The notes under the pieces are model-generated. The model was not told where the DNA came from and made no database searches. It worked only from the letters and a program-made list of their open reading frames with translations. A DNA stretch of 63,844 nt, filler included, from an uncultured Methanospirillum sp. (GTDB lineage Archaea > Halobacteriota > Methanomicrobia > Methanomicrobiales > Methanospirillaceae), in NCBI GenBank assembly GCA_964637135.1. It is 4 parts of 4 records of this genome, joined end to end, with 100 filler letters (N's around TTAATTAATTAA, not from the genome) between each part and the next. Parts side by side here need not be neighbours in the genome. Positions count along the whole stretch, not along the records: positions 22,194 to 41,410 come from CAZWTX010000038.1; positions 41,511 to 58,887 come from CAZWTX010000039.1; 2 more parts are not named here. One strand, written 5' to 3'. The first letter of the stretch is position 1. Every line of letters starts with the position of its first letter. Below are positions 41,364 through 50,881 of the stretch, in pieces. The translations under genes and the position numbers were made by a program.

Positions 41364-41410
41364 AACAATAGCAGCGAAGATGCGTTCCCGAGGACTCGCG
41401 TACCTCAGTA
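41364..41410 (-). rRNA. rrf: 5S rRNA, 3' portion (cut by contig end)
   Basis: Reverse complement TACTGAGGTACGCGAGTCCTCGGGAACGCATCTTCGCTGCTATTGTT resembles the Methanomicrobiales 5S 3' half as I recall it. Confidence 0.88.
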
Positions 41411-41510
41411 NNNNNNNNNNNNNNNNNNNNNNNNNNNNNNNNNNNNNNNNNNNNTTAATTAATTAANNNNNNNNNNNNNNNNNNNNNNNNNNNNNNNNNN
41501 NNNNNNNNNN
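41411..41510. other. Artificial contig linker
   Basis: N44-TTAATTAATTAA-N44. Confidence 0.98.
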
Positions 41511-41536
41511 AGCTTCGATGCTCATCCGGTCAGGAT

Positions 41537-41980
41537 ATGTCTGAAAAAAGGAGCGGGGGCATATACACCCTCATCCTCTCGACGAACGGCTGCCTGGTCC
41601 GGGCCGGAGCCCTCGAGGAGATCCCCTTTCAGGAAGGGTGGTACGGGTATGTCGGATCCGCCCTTGGACCGGGAGGGTTTTCACGGGTTGACCGTCATAT
41701 CAGGCTCGCCGAAGCCCGTGACAGGAGCCCCCGGTGGCATATCGACTATCTCCTGACAACCCCGTTTTTCATCCTGGAACGGGTCTGTCTTGCAGAAACG
41801 GTCATGCGGCTTGAATGTACGGTGGCGAAGGCGATGACCGGGGAAAAGATTCCCGGGTTTGGATCGTCTGACTGCTCCTGCCGGTCCCATCTCTTTTTCT
41901 GGAAAGAGGATCCGACCGGTGAGATCATTGAGGCGTTCTCAGCCTGCGGTCTTGTTCCCCGGATCATCCCGGTTTCCTGA
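41537..41980 (+). CDS. GIY-YIG (Uri/DUF123) nuclease family protein
   Basis: GIYTL, YGYVGSALG, RWHIDYL, GFGSSDCSCRSHLF. Confidence 0.88.
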   Translation: MSEKRSGGIYTLILSTNGCLVRAGALEEIPFQEGWYGYVGSALGPGGFSRVDRHIRLAEARDRSPRWHIDYLLTTPFFILERVCLAETVMRLECTVAKAMTGEKIPGFGSSDCSCRSHLFFWKEDPTGEIIEAFSACGLVPRIIPVS

Positions 41981-42370
41981 AATGGTTGTATTCAGGATCG
42001 GGTCGAGATCGGCAGCGCTCAGGTACGAGATGATCTGGTCAAGCCGTGTGATAAGTTTCCTGGTAATGCTCGCAATTCTCGGGGGATCAGCATATACCGC
42101 CTCCCCGTACCTTCGGAGAGCTTCCCGTATAGCAAACCCCTGGCTGATGACCCGATCATCTCCGGCCGTATTCTCCACCCCGGATCGGGCACGGATGAGG
42201 TCTTCAATATCGGCCGTTATCAGTCCCTCATCCAGGGCATAGGCAAAGAGTTCGTCTCCCTGCTGTTCGAGAAGTTCTGCTTCGGAGATACCGGTGTTAT
42301 TTGTATCACCAGATGCAGGCATGGTGGCAAGGAGACAGAGAAGAAAAGGGATCAGGATCCGCCGGAACAT
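41939..42370 (-). CDS. Hypothetical secreted protein
   Basis: MFRRILIPFLLCLLATMPASG signal peptide; the upstream part of the track ORF is antisense to gap. Confidence 0.55.
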   Translation of the reverse strand: MFRRILIPFLLCLLATMPASGDTNNTGISEAELLEQQGDELFAYALDEGLITADIEDLIRARSGVENTAGDDRVISQGFAIREALRRYGEAVYADPPRIASITRKLITRLDQIISYLSAADLDPILNTTISGNRDDPGNKTAG

Positions 42371-42448
42371 AGAGATCGCTCGAGACGAATATATAATAAG
42401 ATTTGGATCAGAATAAGGAACGATAGTCCTCTCCGGAGAGGTGGGATC

Positions 42449-43468
42449 ATGATAAAAGTAGCCATCAACGGGTATGGAACCATTGGTAAGCGTGTCGCCG
42501 ACGCTGTATCTGCACAAAAAGACATGGAGATCATCGGGGTTTCCAAGACGAGACCAACTGCCGAGGCCCTGATTGCGGTGAAGAAAGGATATCCCCTCTA
42601 CATCGCCGATATCAAAAAGAAGGATGCCTTTGAGAAGGCTGGTATACCGGTGGCGGGATCGGTTGAAGAGATGCTGAAGAAGGCCGATATCGTGGTTGAC
42701 GCAACCCCCGGGGATGTCGGGGTCACGAACAAGCCCCTCTACGAGAAACTCGGGATCAAGGCGATCTGGCAGGGCGGTGAGGATCATGAGGTCGCCGGGT
42801 TCTCGTTCAATGCCCACAGTAATTACAAGGACGCCATCGGACGCCAGTTTGTCAGGGTGGTCTCCTGTAACACCACCGGACTGTGCCGGCTCATCAAGAC
42901 GATGGATGACAATTTCGGGGTCGAAAAAGTCACGGCAGTCATGGTCAGGAGAGGGGCCGATCCCCATGTCATCAAGAAAGGCCCGATAGACTCAGTCGTC
43001 CTTGATCCACCGACGATCCCTTCCCATCACGGCCCTGATGTCAATACCGTCCTTCCACATATCAACATCGTCACGATGGCGATGATCGTCCCGACCACCC
43101 AGATGCATATGCATGCCATACAGATGGACCTGAAGAAGAAAGCAACACGCGAGAAGGTCATCGAGATCCTGCAGAACCACTCCCGGATCGGTCTCGTGCA
43201 GGGATCGACCGCCATCAGGAGCACGGCAGAACTGAAGGAGTACGTGATGGATCTCGGTCGTCCACGGTCGGATCTCTGGGAAAACGGAATCTTTGAGGCC
43301 TCGGTCGCGGTCGTCGATAAGAGCCTCTACCTCTTCCAGGCGATTCACCAGGAGGCCGATGTTGTCATCGAAAATGTCGATGCAATCCGGGCCATGGCCG
43401 GGAAGGTAACGGACGCAGAGAAGTCAATCAGGATGACAAACGAAGCACTCGGGTTTGTGGCTATCTGA
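42449..43468 (+). CDS. gap: Archaeal (type II) glyceraldehyde-3-phosphate dehydrogenase
   Basis: NGYGTIGKRVADA, RVVSCNTTG, SHHGPDV, QAIHQE. Confidence 0.96.
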   Translation: MIKVAINGYGTIGKRVADAVSAQKDMEIIGVSKTRPTAEALIAVKKGYPLYIADIKKKDAFEKAGIPVAGSVEEMLKKADIVVDATPGDVGVTNKPLYEKLGIKAIWQGGEDHEVAGFSFNAHSNYKDAIGRQFVRVVSCNTTGLCRLIKTMDDNFGVEKVTAVMVRRGADPHVIKKGPIDSVVLDPPTIPSHHGPDVNTVLPHINIVTMAMIVPTTQMHMHAIQMDLKKKATREKVIEILQNHSRIGLVQGSTAIRSTAELKEYVMDLGRPRSDLWENGIFEASVAVVDKSLYLFQAIHQEADVVIENVDAIRAMAGKVTDAEKSIRMTNEALGFVAI

Positions 43469-43510
43469 TCCCACCAATCATTAACTCTTTTCAGCGCGTA
43501 CCAGTGTGGA

Positions 43511-44464
43511 ATGGATCCCTATACCCTCGTTACCCGGAACACCGTTGAGGTTGTCTGTGAGGAAGAACTGAAGGACCTGCTCAACAATCCGGTCCGGAGG
43601 GTTTATGCGGGGTATGAGCCGAGCGGAGAGATCCACCTCGGCCATCTCGTCACCATCAACAAGCTCATCGATCTCCGGGATGCCGGATTCGAGGTGATCG
43701 TGCTGCTCGCCGACCTCCATGCCTTCCTGAACCGGAAAGGGACCATGGAAGAGGTCAGAAAACTTGCCGAATACAACCAGCGATGCTTTGAGGGGCTCGG
43801 CCTGACCGATGTGAAATATGTCCTGGGATCAGAAGTCCAGCTCAGCCGGGAGTACCAGCTCCTCGTGCACGAGCTGTCCCAGGTTGTCACCCTGAACCGG
43901 GCGAAACGGAGCATGGACGAGGTCGGGCGACAGATGGACAACCCAACCGTTTCACAGATGATCTACCCGATCATGCAGATGGCAGATATCGCTGTGCTTG
44001 GCGTGCAGGCAGCCCTCGGCGGAATCGATCAACGGAAGATCCACATGCTGGCCAGGGAATACCTCCCGCCGAAGGGATACCCGTCCCCGGTCTGCATCCA
44101 TGTCCCGATCCTGAACGGCCTTGACGGAAAGAAGATGTCTTCCTCGCAGGGGAACTACATCTCGGTGGCAGACAGCGAGGAAACAATTACAAAGAAGATG
44201 AAGAAGGCGTTCTGCCCGCCTGAAATCGAGGAGAATCCGGTACTCCAGATCCTCAGGCATCATATCTTCCCCCGTCTTGAGACGGTCACCGTCGAACGGG
44301 CTGAAAAGTTCGGCGGCAACCGGACGTTTTCCTCCTACGAGGAGATGGAGACAGCGTATGCAGCCGGCGAAGTGCATCCGGCAGATCTGAAAACAGCCAC
44401 TGGATCCGCCCTTGCGGCTGTGCTCAAACCGGTCAGGGAATACCTGGAGACCGTGCGGGACTGA
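43511..44464 (+). CDS. tyrS: Tyrosine--tRNA ligase
   Basis: GYEPSGEIHLGH, YPIMQ..D, GGIDQRKIHMLARE, KMSSS. Confidence 0.96.
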   Translation: MDPYTLVTRNTVEVVCEEELKDLLNNPVRRVYAGYEPSGEIHLGHLVTINKLIDLRDAGFEVIVLLADLHAFLNRKGTMEEVRKLAEYNQRCFEGLGLTDVKYVLGSEVQLSREYQLLVHELSQVVTLNRAKRSMDEVGRQMDNPTVSQMIYPIMQMADIAVLGVQAALGGIDQRKIHMLAREYLPPKGYPSPVCIHVPILNGLDGKKMSSSQGNYISVADSEETITKKMKKAFCPPEIEENPVLQILRHHIFPRLETVTVERAEKFGGNRTFSSYEEMETAYAAGEVHPADLKTATGSALAAVLKPVREYLETVRD

Positions 44465-44480
44465 AAACGAGGACACGGGC

Positions 44481-45281
44481 GTGGATAAATACCAGCATCG
44501 TCAAAATTTTGACCAGAAGATCGATGCCCTCAGGACCAGGATCAAGGATCTCGATCAGCTCAAGGTCAGGGACGATGTATTCGATGAGAACACCCTCCTT
44601 GCCCTGTACAAGTTTATCACGAGAAAATGGATCTCGGCGATGGGCGGGCCGATCTCGACCGGGAAGGAGGCAAACGTCTTCATCGGGAACAAGGATGGAA
44701 CCCCGGTGGCCATCAAGATTTACCTGATGCGGACAGCCAACTTCCAAAAGATGCAGGATTATATCGCCGGGGACCGCCGGTTCCAGAATATCGGCAAAGG
44801 GAAAAAGGACATCATCTTTGCCTGGACACGCAAGGAGTATTCCAACCTGAAACGGGCAGAGGAGTCAGCGATCCGTGTCCCAAAACCTCTTGCCTTTGAC
44901 CGGAACATTCTCCTGATGGAATTCATCGGCGAGGGGGAAATCCCCGCCCCCCAGCTCAGGGTGGCAGATATCTCTGATCCCGGCCGGGTATATGAGACCC
45001 TCACCGGGATGATCCGGAATCTCTGGATAAAGGCAAACCTGGTCCACGGGGATCTCTCGGAATACAACATCCTTTACCACCAGGAACAACCGTATATCAT
45101 CGATATGGGCCAGGCGGTTACACGGGATCATCCCCATGCCCATGGATTTTTAAAACGCGATCTTGAGAATACGAACCGGTTCTTCTCCTCACTCTGCACG
45201 ACCAGAGAGGTTGACGAACTGCTCGGCTGGATCACCGGGCACTCGCCGTCAGGCGGTCCGGCCCCTGCCATGGAGTACTGA
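44481..45281 (+). CDS. rio1: RIO1 family serine kinase
   Basis: STGKEANVF, AIKIY, LVHGDLSEYNIL, IDMGQAV; GTG start. Confidence 0.93.
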   Translation: MDKYQHRQNFDQKIDALRTRIKDLDQLKVRDDVFDENTLLALYKFITRKWISAMGGPISTGKEANVFIGNKDGTPVAIKIYLMRTANFQKMQDYIAGDRRFQNIGKGKKDIIFAWTRKEYSNLKRAEESAIRVPKPLAFDRNILLMEFIGEGEIPAPQLRVADISDPGRVYETLTGMIRNLWIKANLVHGDLSEYNILYHQEQPYIIDMGQAVTRDHPHAHGFLKRDLENTNRFFSSLCTTREVDELLGWITGHSPSGGPAPAMEY

Positions 45282-45282
45282 T

Positions 45283-45822
45283 ATGCAACAGGAGACACGA
45301 ATTTCACAGGAACGGATCGGGGTTCTGATCGGAAAGAAAGGACAGACCAAGAAAGACATCGAGGAGAAGACAAAAACCACGATCTCGATTGACAGTACCG
45401 AAGGGCTTGTCATCATCGACGGGGACGAGGCAGACGGATTTATCAAATCGGTAGAGACCGTGAAAGCGATAGCCCGCGGGTTTTCCCCAGAACGGGCATT
45501 CCTTCTTCTTGAAGATAATGATCTCTACCTTGACGTGATTGATCTCTCCGATATTGCCCCGACTCCCGGTAAGATGGAACGTCTCCGTGGCCGGATCATC
45601 GGCCGTGACGGGAAGTCCCGGTCACAGATCGAGGATCTCACCCAGACCGAGATCTCGGTGCACGGAAAGACCGTTTCGATCATCGGCGGGGTGGAATCGA
45701 ACAAGATCGCCCGGGAAGCAATTGAGATGCTGATCAATGGGATCTCCCATGAGTCGGTCTTCTCCTTCCTTGACAAGAAACGCCGCGAGATGAAACAGGA
45801 CATGATCAGCTACTACTACTGA
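45283..45822 (+). CDS. KH-domain rRNA processing protein (Dim2/PNO1-like)
   Basis: RIGVLIGKKG, AIARGFSPERA, GRIIGRDGK. Confidence 0.92.
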   Translation: MQQETRISQERIGVLIGKKGQTKKDIEEKTKTTISIDSTEGLVIIDGDEADGFIKSVETVKAIARGFSPERAFLLLEDNDLYLDVIDLSDIAPTPGKMERLRGRIIGRDGKSRSQIEDLTQTEISVHGKTVSIIGGVESNKIAREAIEMLINGISHESVFSFLDKKRREMKQDMISYYY

Positions 45823-45857
45823 TCCCGGGCAGGAACTCTCTGGTCCCCCCTTTTATC

Positions 45858-48260
45858 ATGGATATCGCCTCCCTTCCTATTCCGGCTCCGCTTGTGACCG
45901 CTTACCGGGAGCGGGGGATCACCTCCCTCTACCCGCCACAGGCAGACTGTATCGAGAAGGGTCTCCTTACCGGAAAAAATCTCCTTATCTCGATACCAAC
46001 GGCAAGTGGAAAAACCCTCCTTGCCGAGATGGCAATGTGGACCCGGATCGCTGCGGGTGGGAAATGCCTGTATATCGTTCCCCTCCGGGCGCTCGCCGCA
46101 GAAAAGTACGACGAGTTCAGACAGCGGCAGGGAGTGAGAGTCGGTATCGCGACCGGGGACTTTGACCGGACCGACAATTACCTCGGAAATAACGATATTG
46201 TCGTGGCAACCAGTGAAAAGGTTGATTCACTGCTCCGAAACCGGACCGGATGGCTCTCCCGGATCACCTGCATGATCCTCGACGAGGTCCACCTGATCGG
46301 ATCAGAGAACCGGGGGGTCACCCTCGAGATGGTCATCGCAAAGATGCGGTATGCAAATCCCGCGATGCAGATCATCGGTCTTTCAGCCACGATCGGCAAT
46401 CCCGGCGAACTCGCTACCTGGATGGATGCCGCCCTCGTCACCTCGGCCTGGCGACCGGTGGATCTCAGGCAGGGCGTCTTCTTTGACGGGAAGATCAGGT
46501 TTGGAGAAAGCGAACGCCCGGTCAGGGGAGCAACAAAGCATGACGATCTCAACCTCTGCCTGGATACAATCGAGGAAGGAGGCCAGTGTCTCGTCTTCGT
46601 TTCATCCCGAAGGAATGCCGAGGGATTTGCAAAAAAGGCAGCAGTTGCCATAAAGACCGGAACACCAGATTCAAAGGCTCTGGCAGAAGAACTCCGATCC
46701 CTGCGGGATCGTGACAAATCAAATGTCCTTGCAGACTGCGTGGAGCGGGGATGTGCTTTCCACCATGCCGGATTGCTCAGGCAGGAGCGGACACTTATTG
46801 AAGAAGGGTTCAGGAAGGGCTATATCGAAGTTATCTCGGCGACCCCGACGCTTGCCGCCGGGCTGAACCTTCCTGCCCGCCGGGTGGTGATCAGGGATTA
46901 CCTCCGGTTCACCGCCGGGGCAGGGATGGTGCCAATCCCGGTGATGGAGTACCACCAGATGGCCGGACGGGCAGGGCGCCCGCACCTGGATCCCTACGGG
47001 GAGGCGGTGCTCATCGCAAAAGACCGGGTGACTGCCGAGAATCTCCGTGAGGAGTTCATCGAAGCGGGAGCGGAGGATATCAGGTCGATGATCACTGACG
47101 AGCCAATCCTCGGTGCCCATATCCTCTCCCTGATAGCAACCGGGTTTGCCCGTGACGAGGCCTCCCTGACTGATTTCATGAACCGGACCTTTTATGCCTT
47201 TCAGCACCCGAAATCACGCTCCATGCCCCGGGTGGTGGGGGATCTCACGAGATCCCTGGTCAGGTTCGGGTTTGTCCGCGATGAAGAGGGAACCCTCTCT
47301 GCAACCCTCCTCGGATCCCTCGTCTCGCAGCTCTACATCGATCCCCGCGGAGGGAGGGCCATCCTTGACCATCTCTCCAGCGCAGAGGAAGTGACGCTGA
47401 CCGGGTTGCTCCATCTCCTTTGTACAACTCCTGACATGACACGGCTCTACCTGAAGGCAGCCGATACCCAGTACCTCAAGACGTTTCTCTTCCGGAACGG
47501 GACCGAACTGATCGTCCCCCTCCCGTACGAACAGGATGAAGAGGAGATCTGGCTCTCTGCACTCAAAACCGCCCTCGTCCTCACAGATTATGCCGATGAA
47601 GTTCCCGAGGCATTAATCGAGGAGCGGTACGGGATCGGGGCAGGTGATCTCTACAACATCATCGAAGGAGCAAAATGGCTCCTCCATGCGGCTGACCGGC
47701 TGGTTTCTGCTGCCCTTCCTGACCGGGGCAATGTTATCGGGGAGATTGCTCTTCGCGTCCAGCATGGTATCCGCAAAGAGCTGCTGCCACTCATTGCGAT
47801 CCGGAACATCGGACGGGTGAGGGCAAGGCGGCTTTTCTCTGCCGGCATGACAACCCCGGCCAGGGTGGCAGAAGCCGGTCTGCCGGCAGTCTCCCGGATA
47901 CTCGGGCAGAACCTGGCCCGCCAGATCCTGGCAGAGATTGGTGCAGGAAAGAGAGGATCGGGAGAGCGGATACCTATGGAGGAGGAACGCGATGATCTCA
48001 CGTCCCTTCCCGCGATCGGTGAGGTAACCGCCGGAAAACTGAAAGAAAACGGGATCCTGACGGTTACCGATCTGCTCAGGACTGACGAGGCGATCCTTGC
48101 CGGGATCATCGGGTCCCGGCGGACAGGGAAGATTCTTGAATATCTTGAGCAGGAAGGAAGAAGCCCGGATTCATCACCCTCCGGGCAGCAAAACCCCGAT
48201 TCGGTGAAACGCCCTTCCGGACAGCAGTCTATCATGGATTTTCAGGAGACAACCAGATGA
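45858..48260 (+). CDS. hel308: Ski2-like DNA helicase Hel308/Hjm
   Basis: LYPPQ, PTASGKT, DEVH, GLSAT, TPTLAAGLNLPA, QMAGRAGRP, GRVRARRLF. Confidence 0.95.
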   Translation: MDIASLPIPAPLVTAYRERGITSLYPPQADCIEKGLLTGKNLLISIPTASGKTLLAEMAMWTRIAAGGKCLYIVPLRALAAEKYDEFRQRQGVRVGIATGDFDRTDNYLGNNDIVVATSEKVDSLLRNRTGWLSRITCMILDEVHLIGSENRGVTLEMVIAKMRYANPAMQIIGLSATIGNPGELATWMDAALVTSAWRPVDLRQGVFFDGKIRFGESERPVRGATKHDDLNLCLDTIEEGGQCLVFVSSRRNAEGFAKKAAVAIKTGTPDSKALAEELRSLRDRDKSNVLADCVERGCAFHHAGLLRQERTLIEEGFRKGYIEVISATPTLAAGLNLPARRVVIRDYLRFTAGAGMVPIPVMEYHQMAGRAGRPHLDPYGEAVLIAKDRVTAENLREEFIEAGAEDIRSMITDEPILGAHILSLIATGFARDEASLTDFMNRTFYAFQHPKSRSMPRVVGDLTRSLVRFGFVRDEEGTLSATLLGSLVSQLYIDPRGGRAILDHLSSAEEVTLTGLLHLLCTTPDMTRLYLKAADTQYLKTFLFRNGTELIVPLPYEQDEEEIWLSALKTALVLTDYADEVPEALIEERYGIGAGDLYNIIEGAKWLLHAADRLVSAALPDRGNVIGEIALRVQHGIRKELLPLIAIRNIGRVRARRLFSAGMTTPARVAEAGLPAVSRILGQNLARQILAEIGAGKRGSGERIPMEEERDDLTSLPAIGEVTAGKLKENGILTVTDLLRTDEAILAGIIGSRRTGKILEYLEQEGRSPDSSPSGQQNPDSVKRPSGQQSIMDFQETTR

Positions 48261-48772
48261 CAGAGGATCAGTATGATATCATCCAGGTCAGGTTCATGGT
48301 CACCGATCGGAACGGGTTCCTCAACAGGGTACGGGAGATCGCAGACCGGCACGATGTATCGGTCATCTGTCTGAATGAAAAAGTCATGGCAGGAAAAAAC
48401 CACGTAAAGACTGCCCTCCGGGGTGCGCTCAGAGCTGTCAGCAGGGGAGAGCAGATATCCCGGTCAATCGAGATGGAAGTGCTCCTGTATGCAGCCGGAA
48501 CCCGGCAGACAAGTCTTGTCGGACCATTCGGGATCCAGGATGGTGAAAACCGGTGTTATCTCTGCATTGTTCCCCGGTGCGAGGAGGCTATAGGAGATCT
48601 CATGGACCTGATGACGGTAGATACCGGTGACTGGGAGGAAATATCCCCCGAAAAGAAGCGGGTGCTGATGGAATTCTTCGATATCACCCCGGCGGAGCTT
48701 ACGATAACCGGTGATTCGCGGATTGCTGAGCTGGTCTGCGAACGAAGCGCCCTCCTTGCTGTCAACCGGTGA
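48257..48772 (+). CDS. cgi121: KEOPS complex subunit Cgi121
   Basis: MAGKNHV..A, SRSIEMEVLLYAAGTRQ, LVCERSALL. Confidence 0.88.
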   Translation: MTEDQYDIIQVRFMVTDRNGFLNRVREIADRHDVSVICLNEKVMAGKNHVKTALRGALRAVSRGEQISRSIEMEVLLYAAGTRQTSLVGPFGIQDGENRCYLCIVPRCEEAIGDLMDLMTVDTGDWEEISPEKKRVLMEFFDITPAELTITGDSRIAELVCERSALLAVNR

Positions 48773-48948
48773 GGTTCAGGATTTCAAACCGGAATAATCC
48801 GGGTACCGAAACCTGTACCTGTTCCCGGTATCTGGACCGGGGTCCCGGGAGATATCCTCCGGTCAGGTAGTGGGAAATCCTCCCGTTGTCGGCTTTCAGG
48901 ATGAAATTTTATCCCGGACTGCGTCTGATATTCCTCTCAGTCTCCTCT

Positions 48949-49437
48949 TTACCGGTTTGCATGAGTGAGAATATGCCTGATCTCGGGGATGATGATTGCA
49001 GAGGTTGCCAGGTTGGCAGCGTTCGAGGAACCCGGTATGCAGAACACCGCTTTTTTACCGATGATTCCCGCGGTTGCCCGGCTGAGCACGGTTCTCGTGC
49101 CGATCTCTTCATAACTCTTCCACCTGAAGAGTTCGCCGAATCCTTCAAGGTTTTTCTCGAAGAGAGGTTCGACAGCCTCGATGGTACAGTCATCGCTTGT
49201 GATCCCGGTTCCTCCGGTGAGAATAACACAGTTAGCATTCTGGAGTGCCTCTGAGAGACCGGAACGGATGGCATCCACCTGGTCAGGGATGACCTTTGTC
49301 AATGTAACTGGAATTGAATTTTTCTCCAGAAGATCCCGGATTAACGCACCGCTCTTGTCTTCCTTCTCCGAACGGGAGGTTGATATGGTGAGAACTGCGG
49401 CAGATATCTGGATTTCCTGGATATGACTGGGATCCAT
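48949..49437 (-). CDS. moaB: Molybdenum cofactor biosynthesis protein MoaB/MogA
   Basis: LTISTSR, DKSG, TGGTG...DCTIEA, GFGELFR, LSRATAG, IPGS. Confidence 0.9.
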   Translation of the reverse strand: MDPSHIQEIQISAAVLTISTSRSEKEDKSGALIRDLLEKNSIPVTLTKVIPDQVDAIRSGLSEALQNANCVILTGGTGITSDDCTIEAVEPLFEKNLEGFGELFRWKSYEEIGTRTVLSRATAGIIGKKAVFCIPGSSNAANLATSAIIIPEIRHILTHANR

Positions 49438-49820
49438 ATGAGGGATTTGTCCGGCAACCCGGATGAGGATTCTTGTATAACAGGTTCAGCTGACATGGAT
49501 GACTTCCACCGCCTTCTGGCTGCCGCTGCTTCTCCTGAAAAGAATCCACGGAAAGCGAACCATATAACAGATATCATCACAGGCAGGTTTTCCCTTTCTG
49601 GAATGGCATAGAATACAAATGATGTACATAACTCCCGGTTTTTCCTGAACTTTCAGGTCTTCATTCATAACAGCAAACGGGGAGGTGAAATCAGATGTAA
49701 ATACGGATATCCGGAGAATTGGTGGTAACAGGGATCGGTATAGAGAAGAATCGCTGGTATTGCTGAAATTCATCCTGGACTTCCCGGAACAGCCACGCAC
49801 GATGAGGATAGGATGGAACG

Positions 49821-49945
49821 GGTTCATCCTGATAAGGTACTGGTATAGATATTGTTTTGGTTCATCCTGATAAGGTACTGGTATAGATATTGTTTTGGTT
49901 CATCCTGATAAGGTACTGGTATAGATATTGTTTTGGTTCATCCTG
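49821..49945. repeat. Perfect tandem repeat, 38 bp x 3 plus 11 bp
   Basis: GGTTCATCCTGATAAGGTACTGGTATAGATATTGTTTT at 49821, 49859, 49897; partial copy at 49935. Confidence 0.95.
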
Positions 49946-50366
49946 GATTGTCCAGCCAACCAAAGGAAATTCTCATACCAGGTCTCATACCGGGATTGTC
50001 AAAGGGCCCCGTATTACCGGGAGAACCGATCTGATACACCAGACCGTGTTTTTTGATCTTTGCTGAATATATTCTGGTATTCAGAGGGATTTAGATTCTC
50101 TTTACGACAGGAAATCTCAGCTCAGCTGATACCGGAATAGACAATTGATACACAGAATTCTGATTTTTTTATCTTTAGTGAACATATCCCGGTATTCAGA
50201 CAAATTCTGATTTTTTTTCTTGACAGGAAACTGCAGTGGAAATGAAAGTGATTGCCTCTGTTTTTAGATCAGTAAATCTAGAATAACTGGAAAATTATAA
50301 TTGGATCCAAAATATCTCATCAATAGTCCTCTATCCTGATGGCACCAGCCCAAAGAGTTTTGTTCG

Positions 50367-50739
50367 TACCCCTACCCCTTTATTTCCACTGGAGAGGATG
50401 TTTCATATTCAAAGTTCATATTCAAAGGAGGAGCGATTAACCTCACATTGGCGTACTGCCCTATTTAGATAACAGATATATTCAAGATTGTTAACCTGGG
50501 GCTAATTGCTATTCTCATCAATACGAAAGCACGATTAGGATTTCAACAGAAACCAATGCCCTATTTTGTTTCTTCGGTTATTTCTTGTATCCAGAGATCA
50601 ATCCTGACGATCGATCCTGACAAAGCAAATCTATATCACATTGTACATGCAACTAAGTCATATTGTATATTTTTTTTTACATACTAACTATCATAGTAGA
50701 ATGTAATTCCTCTCCAGTGGAAATAAAGGGGTGGGGGTA
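50367..50739. other. Chromosomal replication origin oriC: inverted ORB pair flanking an AT-rich unwinding element
   Basis: TACCCCTACCCCTTTATTTCCACTGGAGAGGA (50367-50398) and TCCTCTCCAGTGGAAATAAAGGGGTGGGGGTA (50708-50739), 1 mismatch; ORB core TCCAGTGGAAA plus G-string; directly upstream of orc1/cdc6; mini-ORB at 50231-50250. Confidence 0.92.
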
Positions 50740-50881
50740 ATCATTAGCAGAACCAGCTTTTGTTATCGTGACATCGTAAAAACCCCGTTTAATCCAGATT
50801 TTATCCCCTTTCAGGGATAAAATATCGATCCCACAGTATTATTGGTATCACTCTCCAACCTGTGAAGGATCACCAGATACC

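Noticed and set aside
42371..42967. N-terminal part of the 342-aa minus-strand ORF
   Set aside because: Antisense to gap; the plausible gene starts at 42370
49440..49820. Short ORFs between moaB and the tandem repeat
   Set aside because: Overlapping ORFs on both strands with no motifs; probably non-coding origin flank
49821..49945. CRISPR array
   Set aside because: Units are directly adjacent and identical, with no unique spacers
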